64,000 bases of DNA from a candidate division FCPU426 bacterium (GCA_963796105.1 CAWCKJ010000008.1:64001-128000); one strand, 5' to 3'. Counted from the first letter of the stretch, positions 35,054 to 45,654 are shown. The notes: generated by a model not told the origin, from the sequence alone. A program made the numbers and translations.

Positions 35054-36904
35054 ATGTGCGGAATTGTCGGTTATACAGGTCCCAAAGCCGCCGCGCCCCT
35101 TTTATTGGAGGGCTTGGCCAAGTTGGAATACCGAGGCTATGATTCCGCCGGCCTTGCCCTGATTACCCCCCATCAGAAAGTCAAAATCATCAAGAAGGCC
35201 GGAAAAATCGGCAACTTGATGAAGGCTGTGAAGGAAGCAAGCCTTCCCGCCGTCATCACGGCTGGGATCGGCCATACCCGCTGGGCCACCCACGGCCATC
35301 CCACGGACCAGAACGCCCATCCCCATATCGACTGCAAGGGTGAAATCGCGGTTGTTCATAACGGTATAGTGGAGAACTTCCAGGAACTCAAAACCAAACT
35401 GCAATCCAAGGGCCATGTTTTCAAATCCCAGACGGATTCGGAAGTCCTGGCCCACTTGATGGAGGAGGGGTTGAAAAGCAGAAAATGGAAGGACGCTGTC
35501 CGATGGGCTCTTTCCCAAATCAAGGGGACCTATTCGGTGGTGGCGGTTTATGAGGGAGAGCCGGAAACCCTGATCGGGGCCAGGTTCGGGGGTGGGGGGC
35601 TGGTGGTGGGATTGGGCCGTGATGAAAATTACCTCGCTTCTGATGTTCCCGCACTCTTGGCCCGCACCAGGAAGGTTTTTTACCTGGATGACAACGAAAT
35701 GGTGTCGATCACGAGGTCTGGAACTCAAGTCACCAGCGTATTGAACGGCAAACCCATTCAAAAAAAGACCTTGGAAATCGAGTGGATCGCCGAGCAGGCC
35801 GAAAAGGGCGGTTACCCCTATTTCATGCTGAAAGAGATCATGGAACAGCCCCGCGCCTTGTTGGATACCTTTACCGGCCGGTTAGATCCCGAGACGGGAC
35901 AGGTTTTCCTGGAAGGAAAGTTTTGGACTTCTCCTTTCATCAAAAAATTCAAGAAGATGACACTTTTGGCCATGGGGACATCCTATTACGCCGCCTTAGT
36001 TGGCAAGTTTATCCTGGAAAAGTACCTTGGGATTCCGGTGGAAGTGGACAGCGCCTCGGAATTTCGTTACCGGAACCCCGTGATCGGGAAGGACTGCCTG
36101 GCGGTGGTCATTACCCAAAGCGGGGAGACTGTGGACACGTTGGTAGCCTTAAGGGAGGCAAAGGCCAAGGGCGCCAAGGTGGCGGCTATCTGCAATGTGA
36201 TGGGAAGTTCAGCGACCCGGGAAGCGGATGGAGTTTTATTGACGAGGGCTGGCCCCGAGATAGGGGTTGCCTCTACCAAGGCTTTTACCTGCCAGTTGGC
36301 CGCCTTTGGGTTGCTGGCCCTATATTTGGCCGGGGTCCGTAAGTCGCTAAAACCCAAGGAGTTGAGGACCAAGGCAAAAGAACTCTCGCGTTTGCCCCTT
36401 TTGGCGTCCTCAATATTGAAACAAAGGAAAGCCATTGCGAAATTAGCGGCAAAGTATGCCCATTATTTTAATTTCCTCTATATCGGAAGGGGAAACCTCT
36501 ATCCGATAGCCCTGGAAGGCGCGTTAAAGTTGAAAGAAATTTCCTACATCCACGCGGAGGGTTACCCTGGGGGGGAGATGAAGCATGGCCCTATTGCCTT
36601 GATTGATGAAAAGATGCCTGTAGTAGCTCTTGCCTTAAAATCCCATGAAATCTACGAAAAGATCCTCAACAATATTGAGGAGGTCAAGGCTCGGTCGGGA
36701 AAATTGATCGCTTTGGTTGAAAAAGGGGACAAGATAGTGTCTCACAAGGCGGATGATGTGATTGAAATTCCTGTTGGAGCCGAGGATATTTCCCCTATTC
36801 TAGCGGTTATACCTCTTCAGCTTTTGGCTTATGAAATCGCCTTGAAAAAGGGTCGAGAAATCGACCAACCCAGGAACTTAGCTAAGAGTGTGACTGTAGA
36901 ATAG
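35054..36904 (+). CDS. glmS: Glutamine-fructose-6-phosphate transaminase
   Basis: MCGIVG, LEYRGYDSAG, GHTRWATHG, QSGET, VASTKAF, PRNLAKSVTVE. Confidence 0.98.
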   Translation: MCGIVGYTGPKAAAPLLLEGLAKLEYRGYDSAGLALITPHQKVKIIKKAGKIGNLMKAVKEASLPAVITAGIGHTRWATHGHPTDQNAHPHIDCKGEIAVVHNGIVENFQELKTKLQSKGHVFKSQTDSEVLAHLMEEGLKSRKWKDAVRWALSQIKGTYSVVAVYEGEPETLIGARFGGGGLVVGLGRDENYLASDVPALLARTRKVFYLDDNEMVSITRSGTQVTSVLNGKPIQKKTLEIEWIAEQAEKGGYPYFMLKEIMEQPRALLDTFTGRLDPETGQVFLEGKFWTSPFIKKFKKMTLLAMGTSYYAALVGKFILEKYLGIPVEVDSASEFRYRNPVIGKDCLAVVITQSGETVDTLVALREAKAKGAKVAAICNVMGSSATREADGVLLTRAGPEIGVASTKAFTCQLAAFGLLALYLAGVRKSLKPKELRTKAKELSRLPLLASSILKQRKAIAKLAAKYAHYFNFLYIGRGNLYPIALEGALKLKEISYIHAEGYPGGEMKHGPIALIDEKMPVVALALKSHEIYEKILNNIEEVKARSGKLIALVEKGDKIVSHKADDVIEIPVGAEDISPILAVIPLQLLAYEIALKKGREIDQPRNLAKSVTVE

Positions 36905-37130
36905 TAATAGGTAAACTAATCTAGTTAAAGATAGATAATCAGCCACGAAACTCCGAATCAAAAAATGCTATTTCCAAGTTCTAAGCAAAAATTCGAGCCT
37001 TTTTATTGGAATTAATTTAGATTTTTTCTTCAAAAACCCCATATTTTGAAAGCAAATAGCTATATAACCACAGCCTATGGTGGTATTGGTCTTTTTATAC
37101 CCTTTTTCATGCTTCTGTATTAAGTGACCC

Positions 37131-37158
37131 TTGAAATAAAGGAATACATAGGTATACT
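37131..37158 (+). promoter_or_regulatory. IS1595 transposase promoter candidate
   Basis: TTGAAA-N16-TATACT, conserved in all three IS1595 elements including the divergent one. Confidence 0.6.
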
Positions 37159-37878
37159 GTCCGCTACGGGAGGTGGTACATGAGCTACCAGCGGATGAAA
37201 AGCATTAAAATTCTGAGGAAAATCCACACGGAAGAAGAAGCCCGCCAATGGGTGTGGAGATGCCGTTTCGGCGGGAAAGACTTTGTTTGTCCCCAATGTG
37301 AGGGCGAAAGCTTCTGGCAACACCAGGCCAAGCCTGAAGTGAGGGAATGTGACTATTGCCGGAAACGTCTTCGGCTTCGCGCCGGGACGATTTTTGAAAG
37401 CTCCAAGCTGCCTCTTTTAACCTGGGTCAGGGCCATCAGTTTGATGATGCAGGGCAAACGGGGTATTTCGGCCCTGGAACTGAAGCGGCATTTAAATCTT
37501 TCGGATCATTCGGCATGGCTTCTATTGCATAAGATCCGGGAAGGTCTTAGGCAAAAGGACGAAAGCTATACTCTAAAGGGCGTCATTGAGTTGGATGGGG
37601 CGGTTTTTGGGAAAAAGGCCAAGGAAAACCAAGTGGAAGTCTTGGTGGCGGTGGAAAGCAAGGAATGGGTGGATGAGAATGGTTGCAAGAAGGAAAAAGC
37701 GGGTTTTGCCAAGGTTGTCATTGGCCGCGAGCTTTAACCCCCTAGCTGGCCAAGCACTTTGACCCCACCTCTGGCCAGTCACTTTGACCCCCTGTCTGGC
37801 CACCGACTTTGACCCCCTTGCCAAGGGCCTCTCTAACCGTCATTCCTTTCTTTTTTCACTTCATGTGAGGAGAACGGC

Positions 37879-39435
37879 ATGACCCGACAAGGGAGGCAGA
37901 GCGACATGGCGACTATTCGTGAGATTTTGAGGACTTACCAGGCCTTGGGCGGGTTCAAACCCACTGCCCGGGCCCTGGGATGCAATAAGCACACGGTCAA
38001 GCAATACGTGCGTTGGGCGAAAGAACATGGCTTTCTCCAAGGGGAACTTCCCCTGGAAAAGGATTTGGCGAAGGCTTGGGAAGACGGCGAAAAATCCACG
38101 CCCGTTCCCGCTCATGCCTTGGAGGCCCTCAAGGGAATCATCCAAGAATGGTTGAAGGAAGATTTCACCTTGATTCGCATCCAGGAGATGCTTCAAGAGC
38201 GGCACGGGTGGAAGGGGAGTTACTCGACCCTGAAGAGGTATACGGAGCCTTTTCGCAATGAGAAACCCGCCTACGTGAGGCTGGAGGTTGCGCCCGGCGA
38301 GGAGGCCCAAGTGGATTTCGGGCTTTTGGGCCGCTTGTGGGACGAGACGCGTGGCAAGCAAGCCAAGGCCTGGGTTTTCGTGATGACCCTTTCCCATTCC
38401 CGGCATATGTACGCCGAGATTGTATTCGCACAGGACGTGAGAACCTGGATCGCCTGCCACCGCCGGGCTTTCGAGTTCTTCAATTCAGTCCCTAAAAAAA
38501 TCGTAATCGATAACCTGAAAAGCGCCATCGTCAAGGCGGCCCTCTATGATCCCTTGGCCAACCGTACCTACGTGGAATGCGCCAACCATTACGGCTTCAT
38601 CATCTCCCCTTGCCGCGTCGCCACTCCACGCCACAAGGGTAAAGTTGAACGCGGCGTGCCCTATGTCCGTAATTCCTTCTTCAAGGGTCGTTCCTTCCAG
38701 GGCCGCACCGATGCCAACCATCAACTCCGCGATTGGGTGATGAACAAGGCAGGTTTACGGGATCATGGCACCACCCGGCTTCAACCCTTGGCCGTCTTCC
38801 AGAGCGTGGAACAGAAGGCCCTTTTGCCCCTGCCTACCGCGGCTTACCATCCAACTTTCTTCAAAGAAGCCACTCTGCACCCCGATTGCCACGTAGTCGT
38901 GGAAGGTTCCTATTACTCGGCTCCCTACCGTCTTCGGGGCCAAAAACTACTGGCCCAATTAACCGACACCACCGTTGATATATTTCTCAAACACGAATGC
39001 GTGGCTTCCCACGCCAAGGCCACACGCAAGGGAACCTGGCGCACCAACCCGGGCCACTATCCCCCTGAAAAAGCGGTCTTCTTGGAACGAACCCCACAAT
39101 GGTGCCTCAAACAGGCCCAGGCCATTGGACCTAATACCCATCAATTAATCCAACTCCTGCTGGAACACTCCCACCCCCTGGACCATCTGCGCAAAGCCCA
39201 GGGCATTCTGCGCTTGAGGGAAAAGTACCTGCCTTCCCGTCTGGAGGCAGCCTGTCTAAGGGCCCTCCATTTCGGAAACTACACGTACCAATCCATCAAA
39301 AACATCCTTCAAAAGAACCTCGATCAAAACCCGTTGGACCCGCCGTCGGATCCTTCACTCAAACCCCAGTCGTCTTTCGATTTCGCCCGGCCCGCGGAGG
39401 ATTTCCTCCGTGCCTTGGCTCTGGATAAAAATTGA
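37879..39435 (+). CDS. istA: IS21 transposase IstA
   Basis: PGEEAQVDFG, IDNLK, KGKVERGV, YYSAPY. Confidence 0.95.
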   Translation: MTRQGRQSDMATIREILRTYQALGGFKPTARALGCNKHTVKQYVRWAKEHGFLQGELPLEKDLAKAWEDGEKSTPVPAHALEALKGIIQEWLKEDFTLIRIQEMLQERHGWKGSYSTLKRYTEPFRNEKPAYVRLEVAPGEEAQVDFGLLGRLWDETRGKQAKAWVFVMTLSHSRHMYAEIVFAQDVRTWIACHRRAFEFFNSVPKKIVIDNLKSAIVKAALYDPLANRTYVECANHYGFIISPCRVATPRHKGKVERGVPYVRNSFFKGRSFQGRTDANHQLRDWVMNKAGLRDHGTTRLQPLAVFQSVEQKALLPLPTAAYHPTFFKEATLHPDCHVVVEGSYYSAPYRLRGQKLLAQLTDTTVDIFLKHECVASHAKATRKGTWRTNPGHYPPEKAVFLERTPQWCLKQAQAIGPNTHQLIQLLLEHSHPLDHLRKAQGILRLREKYLPSRLEAACLRALHFGNYTYQSIKNILQKNLDQNPLDPPSDPSLKPQSSFDFARPAEDFLRALALDKN

Positions 39436-39448
39436 GGAGGAAGCATAT

Positions 39449-40228
39449 ATGGAAAATAAACATCAGTTGGAGCCGCACCTGAGAAGGTTAAAACTCGCAG
39501 GTATGTTGGAGACGCTGGAAATCCGAAACCAGCAGGCCATTGAATCCCAGATCGGTTATATGGATTTCCTGGGCCAGTTGCTGTTGGATGAGCTGGAGCG
39601 CCGCCAAGTGGGCCAACTCCAAAGAAGGCTGAAAAAGGCGGGCTTCTCAACCCATATGACTCTAACGGGGTTCGATTTCGCCTTCAACCCGGCCATCAAC
39701 CGGCAACAAATCCTGGATTTGGGTACTTGTTCTTTCGTGGAGCGAAAAGAGAACCTATTTTTCATCGGTCCCTCAGGTGTGGGCAAAACCCATTTGGCCT
39801 GCGCTTTGGCCCATGAAGTCTGCCGCAAGGGTTATGAGGTACTCTTTATCAAGACCTCGCATGCGGCCCAACGATTAGCGGCCTCGCGCGGGGACGGTAC
39901 CTGGGAAAACCGATTCGCATCCTTCCTGAAACCCGACCTCTTGATCCTGGACGACTGGGGTCTCAAGCCCTTCGACACCAAGGTCGCCGAGGATTTTTAC
40001 GACATCATCTGTGAGCGTTATGAAAAGGGCTCCTTGATTTTTACCACCAACCGCAGTCTGCGGGAGTGGCCGGAGCTTTTCGGCGACGCCCTCCTAGCCT
40101 CGGCTGCCATGGACCGCCTGGTCCACCATGCCACTGCCGTCGTCATTCAGGGCCCTTCCTTTCGGACCCGTTCCATGCGCGAAGAAATGAAAAAAGAACA
40201 CAGCAGGGAAAAAGAGGCAAAACTATGA
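39449..40228 (+). CDS. istB: IS21 helper ATPase IstB
   Basis: GPSGVGKTH, LILDDWG, TTN, AMDRLVHH; ATG 39449 follows GAGGAGG. Confidence 0.95.
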   Translation: MENKHQLEPHLRRLKLAGMLETLEIRNQQAIESQIGYMDFLGQLLLDELERRQVGQLQRRLKKAGFSTHMTLTGFDFAFNPAINRQQILDLGTCSFVERKENLFFIGPSGVGKTHLACALAHEVCRKGYEVLFIKTSHAAQRLAASRGDGTWENRFASFLKPDLLILDDWGLKPFDTKVAEDFYDIICERYEKGSLIFTTNRSLREWPELFGDALLASAAMDRLVHHATAVVIQGPSFRTRSMREEMKKEHSREKEAKL

Positions 40229-40881
40229 GAAACCCATCGTTCGATGCTGTCTTATTCGTGCAATCTTGCGCCTATTGGTTACGGGATTTGCGCGGGACTT
40301 CGTATCATCCAATGTTGGGGAAGCAAAACGCATCTTGTGAAAGGAGTTTGATGGGTCTAAATTAATCTAAAAAAGAGGCCCCGCAAGGCAGGGGTCGAAG
40401 TCCCCGAAACAGGCACCCCTCGAAGTGCCCAAAAGAGGGGGGGCAAAGTAGGCGGCCAGGGGGGTTAAAGTGGCTGGCCAGTGACAAAGGTGAAGGTAGC
40501 TATGGAAACCAAGTGGGAGAGCCAGGAATTCGTGAATCAGACTATGGAAAAAGGCTCTTTCCTCAACACAGATGCTTCGCCAGCCTTGCGTGAACTCAAA
40601 GGAGTGGAGGCAGACTACCGGGTGATGGCCAATGACCCGAAAGAGTTGGAAAGTTGGTTGCCCTGGGTACACCGGTTCATTTCCAACGCCAAGGCCTGGA
40701 TCATTGGAACTCATCATGGCGTTGATGCTAAGTATTTAGGCCGGTATCTAAGTGAATATGCCTATCGGTTCAACCGTCGTCATGATCCCGATTCCTTATT
40801 TCACCGTGCTTTGACCGCATGTGCCTTAGCAAAACCCATTACAGCACGGTCACTTTGTGCATAAGCATACCCTTTTTCGTC

Positions 40882-40910
40882 TTGACATGGGTCACCTCAA
40901 TCCTTATATT
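40882..40910 (+). promoter_or_regulatory. sigma70 promoter for the outer-membrane protein gene
   Basis: TTGACA-N17-TATATT. Confidence 0.75.
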
Positions 40911-40928
40911 CGGGCCAATTGTTTACAG

Positions 40929-41224
40929 TTCTCCGGGTTTACCAAGCCAAATATCGCTCGGAGAGGGTTAAAAACCATAGGTTTCGATGTCCGGGGCCTA
41001 TGATCTTCGACCCAAGCGGATTGTGACCACAACCGTTTGGCCGTCGAGGAATTTGTCGAGGGTGGCACTTTTTTGGGAAGTGAACCACGCTCGTATAGTT
41101 CTTCTGCAGTGCGGGAGCGGTTGTAACGCTTCCATGAAGTTCGCAGGTCGGGTGTGGCACTCTTCCCTGAGGAGTGCAGGCCCAAAAGAGGGAAGGCTGG
41201 AGTCCCCCCGGGGATGACGGCCTT
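40929..41224 (+). ncRNA. Putative highly structured 5' leader RNA (seven hairpins), family unknown
   Basis: Consecutive stems at 40930-40964, 40976-41002, 41004-41050, 41057-41093, 41103-41147, 41150-41183, 41193-41224, with many G-U pairs on the + strand. Confidence 0.55.
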
Positions 41225-41248
41225 AAAAAAAGAATAAGGAGAGAGAGA

Positions 41249-42625
41249 ATGAAGAAAGGACTTTTAATGTTGCTGTTGTCCGGCATCATGGCCTTCGGAT
41301 TTTCGGTGAAAGTTTCTGCCGATACCCGCTTGGATTCCATGTCCGCCGACGTAAGGCAGGTCGATGATCTGGATATCATCTGGATGTATCCAAATAAGGT
41401 ATTGCAATACAAGGATACGGTGGATTTCCGCTTGAACAACATTCAAGGCGCCTATTCCTATGAGACCGTATGGGGTCAGGGATACGAGGAATGGGGTGGA
41501 ATACTCAAGGATACCGGTGATGCCGGAGTCTTGGGTTTATACATCAACCGTCCCTTGAATTATGGCACTGAATATGCCGGTTATGAGGGTTATTGGAACA
41601 CCACCGACAACGCCGGTGATAATAGGTTTGCCAATTATGGCTTACCCTGGACCACTCCTTGGCAATTAGCTGGTTCCAGCCCTTATTTCCCGATGCCTAC
41701 CAATAAATTCGACCTTTTCTGGGCCAAGAACGTATCAGCGGGAGACTTGGGAATTCAAGTCAACTATGCCGATGCTAATCCGAACAACACGGGTTATTGG
41801 AACGGTCAGAACCTGACGGTTTCTTCCCAGTTGATCGGCATCAACATCGGGTTGGGAACCACCTTAGGTTCCTTCAACCAAGCCAACTTTCACTTAAGCG
41901 GTGAGGTCGGTGGAATTGACAACGAGGCGATCTTTCACGAAGCCCCTGCGATGTCCTTGAAGAGCAATGGGATATGGCAATGGCAATTGGGTGGTTTGAT
42001 CCAAACCGACCTCAGCACAGATGATGTTTTGAAGTTGGCACTGGATTTGACAGCTGACCAGTTCGGCTGGGCGGCTTTTACCCAATCTGCTGGAAAAGGT
42101 TTTGAGGAAGCTGATCAGAACCAAGCCGTTACGGCTCTTGTTGGGAACATAGCCATGAACCACAAAATCAGCGGCGGCAAGGGATTGATCAACGCCGGCT
42201 TGATGTTGGGGTGGCAAGGTTATAGCGAAACTGATACGGCTGGGGATATCCTCCAAGACGATTCATGGTTTGTTTTGGCCAATATTTCGGCTGAAACACC
42301 GCTCACCAGCTGGTTGACTTGGCGTTGCGGCTTGATGAAGCCTCTCATTGATTGGGAATATACGAACTATGGAAATGGTGATCATTTCGTCAATGACCCG
42401 ACTGCCCATTATGCTTGGGGCCAGCGTAACTATTCAGTGTTCAGCACTGGCTTGGGTTTCACCGTGGAAAACTGGACTCTGGATACTCAGATGTCAGTTC
42501 AAGCGTTGGACAACCTGATCAGCGATCCGAGCTTGGGTGGTGTGTTTTATGGAACCAACACCCCTGCCGGAAATGGCTATCCCATTGTTGAAATGGTGCA
42601 GGCCGATTTGAAGTACAAGTTCTAA
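41249..42625 (+). CDS. Putative outer-membrane beta-barrel protein
   Basis: ATG 41249 after AAGGAG; MKK signal peptide ending VSA; Gly/Asn/aromatic-rich alternating strands; C-terminal ADLKYKF beta-signal. Confidence 0.7.
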   Translation: MKKGLLMLLLSGIMAFGFSVKVSADTRLDSMSADVRQVDDLDIIWMYPNKVLQYKDTVDFRLNNIQGAYSYETVWGQGYEEWGGILKDTGDAGVLGLYINRPLNYGTEYAGYEGYWNTTDNAGDNRFANYGLPWTTPWQLAGSSPYFPMPTNKFDLFWAKNVSAGDLGIQVNYADANPNNTGYWNGQNLTVSSQLIGINIGLGTTLGSFNQANFHLSGEVGGIDNEAIFHEAPAMSLKSNGIWQWQLGGLIQTDLSTDDVLKLALDLTADQFGWAAFTQSAGKGFEEADQNQAVTALVGNIAMNHKISGGKGLINAGLMLGWQGYSETDTAGDILQDDSWFVLANISAETPLTSWLTWRCGLMKPLIDWEYTNYGNGDHFVNDPTAHYAWGQRNYSVFSTGLGFTVENWTLDTQMSVQALDNLISDPSLGGVFYGTNTPAGNGYPIVEMVQADLKYKF

Positions 42626-42634
42626 ATTAACTTT

Positions 42635-42672
42635 AAAAAGCCCTTCTCCTTCTGGAGAAGGGCTTTTTTTTT
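42635..42672 (+). terminator. Intrinsic terminator (possibly bidirectional)
   Basis: AAAAAGCCCTTCTCC-TTCT-GGAGAAGGGCTTTTTTTTT. Confidence 0.92.
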
Positions 42673-42748
42673 ACCCGATTGCCTATTCCGGTGGGTTCCT
42701 TTAAGATTGCCCGACGGATTGTAAATCGAGTTTTTGGAGAGTAATGGA

Positions 42749-43570
42749 ATGAACCAACGTCTTTTCTTGGTATTATTGATCTCTTTATTGTTATTCAATG
42801 TTCAATTTGCTTTTGGCCAGGATGAACCGACGCCCGCGTCCACGTCTGTTTCAACAACCGATTCTGGTACGGACTCATCTAAATTCATTACCGAAAAACA
42901 AAAACTCGAATTGGAAAAGATGAAGTTGGAAAATGAAAAACTCCAATTAGAGCTTAACCAAATCAAGTCCCAGGCCATCCAGGCCCCCACACCGGTGCCG
43001 ACCAAAAAGGAAAAGGCAGACAAGGCGGAAATCGAGGCCTTTCAATTAGATGAGTCTAAAAAAGCCGAGGCCTTGGCCAAGGACAACAAGGACAAGGAAG
43101 ATCTTTTGATTCTTGACTTAGTGAATAGCGAAGTCTGGTTCAAGGGGACAAGATATAGCCTTCACGAGGTGAATAACCTGGTTACGGACCAAGGATGGAA
43201 GATGTCGAAAAAAATCGAAGCGTATAGTTCCTGGGGCCGCCCCAGAAGGCTTTATGTTTATCAAAACTTGACCCTATTAAAATATGACGGAAATGAAAAG
43301 GGAATTGTTACCCTGTCACAACCCCAAAAAGCTGGGGACCTGCGGTTTTTAACCACCAATAATATATCTTTCGACTCCAAGAGCTCGGAGGTGAGGGACA
43401 GCTTTCCGAACCTTTTCTACAAATTTGACGGACAGGGCGAAAAGGACAAACAAAAGGTTTTGAAATATAACCATAGCCGGGGATTGAGTTTTGACGACCG
43501 CATAGAGGTTTTATTCGACCAGCAAGATAAGATGACCGAGATACGATGCGGAGTGTTGGGCGAGCGTTAA
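42749..43570 (+). CDS. Hypothetical exported protein with N-terminal coiled coil
   Basis: Signal peptide ending AFG, PTP linkers, heptad segment; no family recognised. Confidence 0.7.
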   Translation: MNQRLFLVLLISLLLFNVQFAFGQDEPTPASTSVSTTDSGTDSSKFITEKQKLELEKMKLENEKLQLELNQIKSQAIQAPTPVPTKKEKADKAEIEAFQLDESKKAEALAKDNKDKEDLLILDLVNSEVWFKGTRYSLHEVNNLVTDQGWKMSKKIEAYSSWGRPRRLYVYQNLTLLKYDGNEKGIVTLSQPQKAGDLRFLTTNNISFDSKSSEVRDSFPNLFYKFDGQGEKDKQKVLKYNHSRGLSFDDRIEVLFDQQDKMTEIRCGVLGER

Positions 43571-43646
43571 TATAGAATAATCCAATGAGTCAAAGCATAT
43601 GCGATGGCTATTCATCATATAACTTCATGGTAAATCAACTAATCCC

Positions 43647-44552
43647 TTAAAGTTTTTCTAAGACTAATAATCTATCTAGACCCTGAAGGTCTTGGATTAG
43701 GGTTTTCTTGAATTTTGAATCCTCGAAAAGTTGGGTTATCAATATCGCCTGTTTTGAATGCAATTCAAAACAAGCGACTCCCTTCGGTGACAAACGATTC
43801 CAAAGATCAATTTGTATTTCTTTGTACGCATTAAGACCATTCGAACCGGCGAATAACGCCACTTCCGGCTCAAATTCAGAAACTTCAGGTGAAAGTTCTT
43901 TTTTTTCACTTTCCGCTAAATACGGCGGGTTGCTGACAATCATTTTAAAGCGCTTGGGGTCTGATTCTTCCAAGGCGAAAAACCAGGAACCTTTTCTCCA
44001 GCAAATATCAGGCGTTCCTAATTGGATACTGTTTTCTTTTGCGATTTCCAAAGCCGTTTCAGAATTTTCAACAGCCCAAACCTTGCATGGAATTGATTTC
44101 GCGATGGATATGGAGATACATCCGCTGCCAGTCCCGAGGTCCAGAACAGTCCGTTCGTCCTCTGGAATTTCACACAGGAATTTAACGGCGTTTTCCACCA
44201 ATATTTCTGTTTCTGGGCGTGGAATTAAAACAGCGGGGGTCACTTTGAAATTCAAACCGTAAAATTCCCTTGTTCCGATAATGTATTGCAGAGGCTCATG
44301 ATTAGAACGGCGTTTTATCAATTCACGGATGGTGGAAAGTTCAGAGGGAACCAAAGGCCGGTCAAATTGGAGATAAACCTTAAGGCGGTCGAGCCCTAAG
44401 GCGTGAGCCACCAAGCATTCCGCGTCAAACCTGGCGTTTTCAAACCCTTTTTGCTTTAGGTAAGGGACCGCCCATTGAATGATCTTGAGGGGAGTCCAAT
44501 TCGCGTTTTCCATATTTACTCGATGAAAAAATGATAAAGAATCAGTCGGCAT
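43647..44552 (-). CDS. prmC: Release factor glutamine methyltransferase PrmC (start may be 44513)
   Basis: EPLQYI, VLIPRPETE, DLGTGSG, SNPPY. Confidence 0.95.
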   Translation of the reverse strand: MPTDSLSFFHRVNMENANWTPLKIIQWAVPYLKQKGFENARFDAECLVAHALGLDRLKVYLQFDRPLVPSELSTIRELIKRRSNHEPLQYIIGTREFYGLNFKVTPAVLIPRPETEILVENAVKFLCEIPEDERTVLDLGTGSGCISISIAKSIPCKVWAVENSETALEIAKENSIQLGTPDICWRKGSWFFALEESDPKRFKMIVSNPPYLAESEKKELSPEVSEFEPEVALFAGSNGLNAYKEIQIDLWNRLSPKGVACFELHSKQAILITQLFEDSKFKKTLIQDLQGLDRLLVLEKL

Positions 44553-45609
44553 CCACCAATTGTTCTTCCTGATAGGCGAGGCTTAAGGCATCAATAAATA
44601 CTTTAATATCCCCATCCATGATTTTATCCAGCTGATAAAGGGTTAAGCCGACACGATGGTCCGAAATGCGGTTTTGAGGATAATTGTAAGTCCGGATTTT
44701 CTCGCTCCTGTCCCCGCTACCAATTTGGGTTTTTCTGGTACTTGATATTTTCTCCTGGGATTCCGTTTCCTTTTTTTCCTTCACCCGCGCGTATAGAACC
44801 TTCATGGCCTTTGCCTTGTTTTTCAATTGGGAGCGCTCATCCTGGCATTGAACCACGAGGCCGGTGGGAATATGGGTGATCCGAACCGCGGAATAGGTGG
44901 TGTTGACGCTTTGGCCGCCAGCGCCGGAGGAACAAAAGGTGTCGATCCGAAGGTCGGCGTCCTTGATTTGGATCTCCTCCTCGTCCACTTCCGGCAATAC
45001 GGCGACAGTCGCGGCGGAGGTATGGATTCTTCCGGAAGTTTCAGTTTGGGGTATTCTTTGGACCCGATGGGTTCCGCTCTCGAAACGGAAGAGGCCGTAA
45101 GCGCCTTTGCCGATGATTGAAAAGATGATTTCCTTGAACCCGCCTATTTCCGTCGGGCTGCTGGAAATCAGCTCGGTTTTCATGCCGATTTTTTCTATGT
45201 ATTTCGAATACATCCTGAAAAGATCAGCCGCGAAAAGAGCCGCCTCATCCCCGCCGGTCCCTGCCCTGATTTCCATAATCGCGTTCTTATCCCCGGATGG
45301 ATCCTTGGGAGTGAGCAGAATTTTCAATTCGCTTTCTATTCGATTTATCCTATCGTCCAAATCGGCAAGCTCCGTTTGCGCAAGCGATTTCATTTCGGAA
45401 TCGTTTCCGGCAATTAAAAGGCGTGTGTCCTCTCTTTCCTGCTGGGCCTTTCGGTATTCCCCGATTTTTCCCATCAAGGGTCCCATGTCGGAATATTCCT
45501 TGCTTATTTTTTGGAACTCCTTGGAATTGGCCTTGTAAACCTGAGTCGTCAGCTGTCCGGATAATTCCAGGTAGCGTTGTTCCGCTTTTTTCAATTTTAT
45601 ATCAATCAT
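44542..45609 (-). CDS. prfA: Peptide chain release factor 1
   Basis: GTGGDEA, PQT (PxT) motif, GAGGQ, RSEKIRTYN. Confidence 0.97.
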   Translation of the reverse strand: MIDIKLKKAEQRYLELSGQLTTQVYKANSKEFQKISKEYSDMGPLMGKIGEYRKAQQEREDTRLLIAGNDSEMKSLAQTELADLDDRINRIESELKILLTPKDPSGDKNAIMEIRAGTGGDEAALFAADLFRMYSKYIEKIGMKTELISSSPTEIGGFKEIIFSIIGKGAYGLFRFESGTHRVQRIPQTETSGRIHTSAATVAVLPEVDEEEIQIKDADLRIDTFCSSGAGGQSVNTTYSAVRITHIPTGLVVQCQDERSQLKNKAKAMKVLYARVKEKKETESQEKISSTRKTQIGSGDRSEKIRTYNYPQNRISDHRVGLTLYQLDKIMDGDIKVFIDALSLAYQEEQLVDAD

Positions 45610-45654
45610 TTCATCAGCCTGTCAGGAATGGATTTTTAATTGGGGCCTAGACGA

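Larger units (their letters stand above)
37716..40486 (+). mobile_element. IS21 family element, 2771 bp
   Basis: TGTCA...TGACA ends, 5-bp TSD AAGGT (37711-37715, 40487-40491), multiple subterminal TGGCCA..ACTTTGACCCC repeats. Confidence 0.96.
37180..40864 (+). pseudogene. IS1595 transposase split by IS21 (37180-37715 and 40487-40864)
   Basis: The two halves match the 29434-30342 protein. Confidence 0.95.
37108..40869 (+). mobile_element. IS1595 copy 2 (near-identical to copy 1, opposite orientation), interrupted by IS21
   Basis: 8-bp TSD CCCTTTTT at 37100-37107 and 40870-40877; 3762 - 2771 - 5 = 986 bp, same length as copy 1. Confidence 0.95.

Noticed and set aside
36940..37030. Possible degenerate repeat arm after glmS (CACGAAACTCCGAATC..)
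   Set aside because: No matching inverted partner found; too degenerate to support.
37716..37820. Short ~24-bp periodic repeats (TGGCCA..ACTTTGACCCC) resembling a CRISPR or iteron array
   Set aside because: No unique spacers; they are the subterminal repeats of the IS21 end and are mirrored at 40436-40486.
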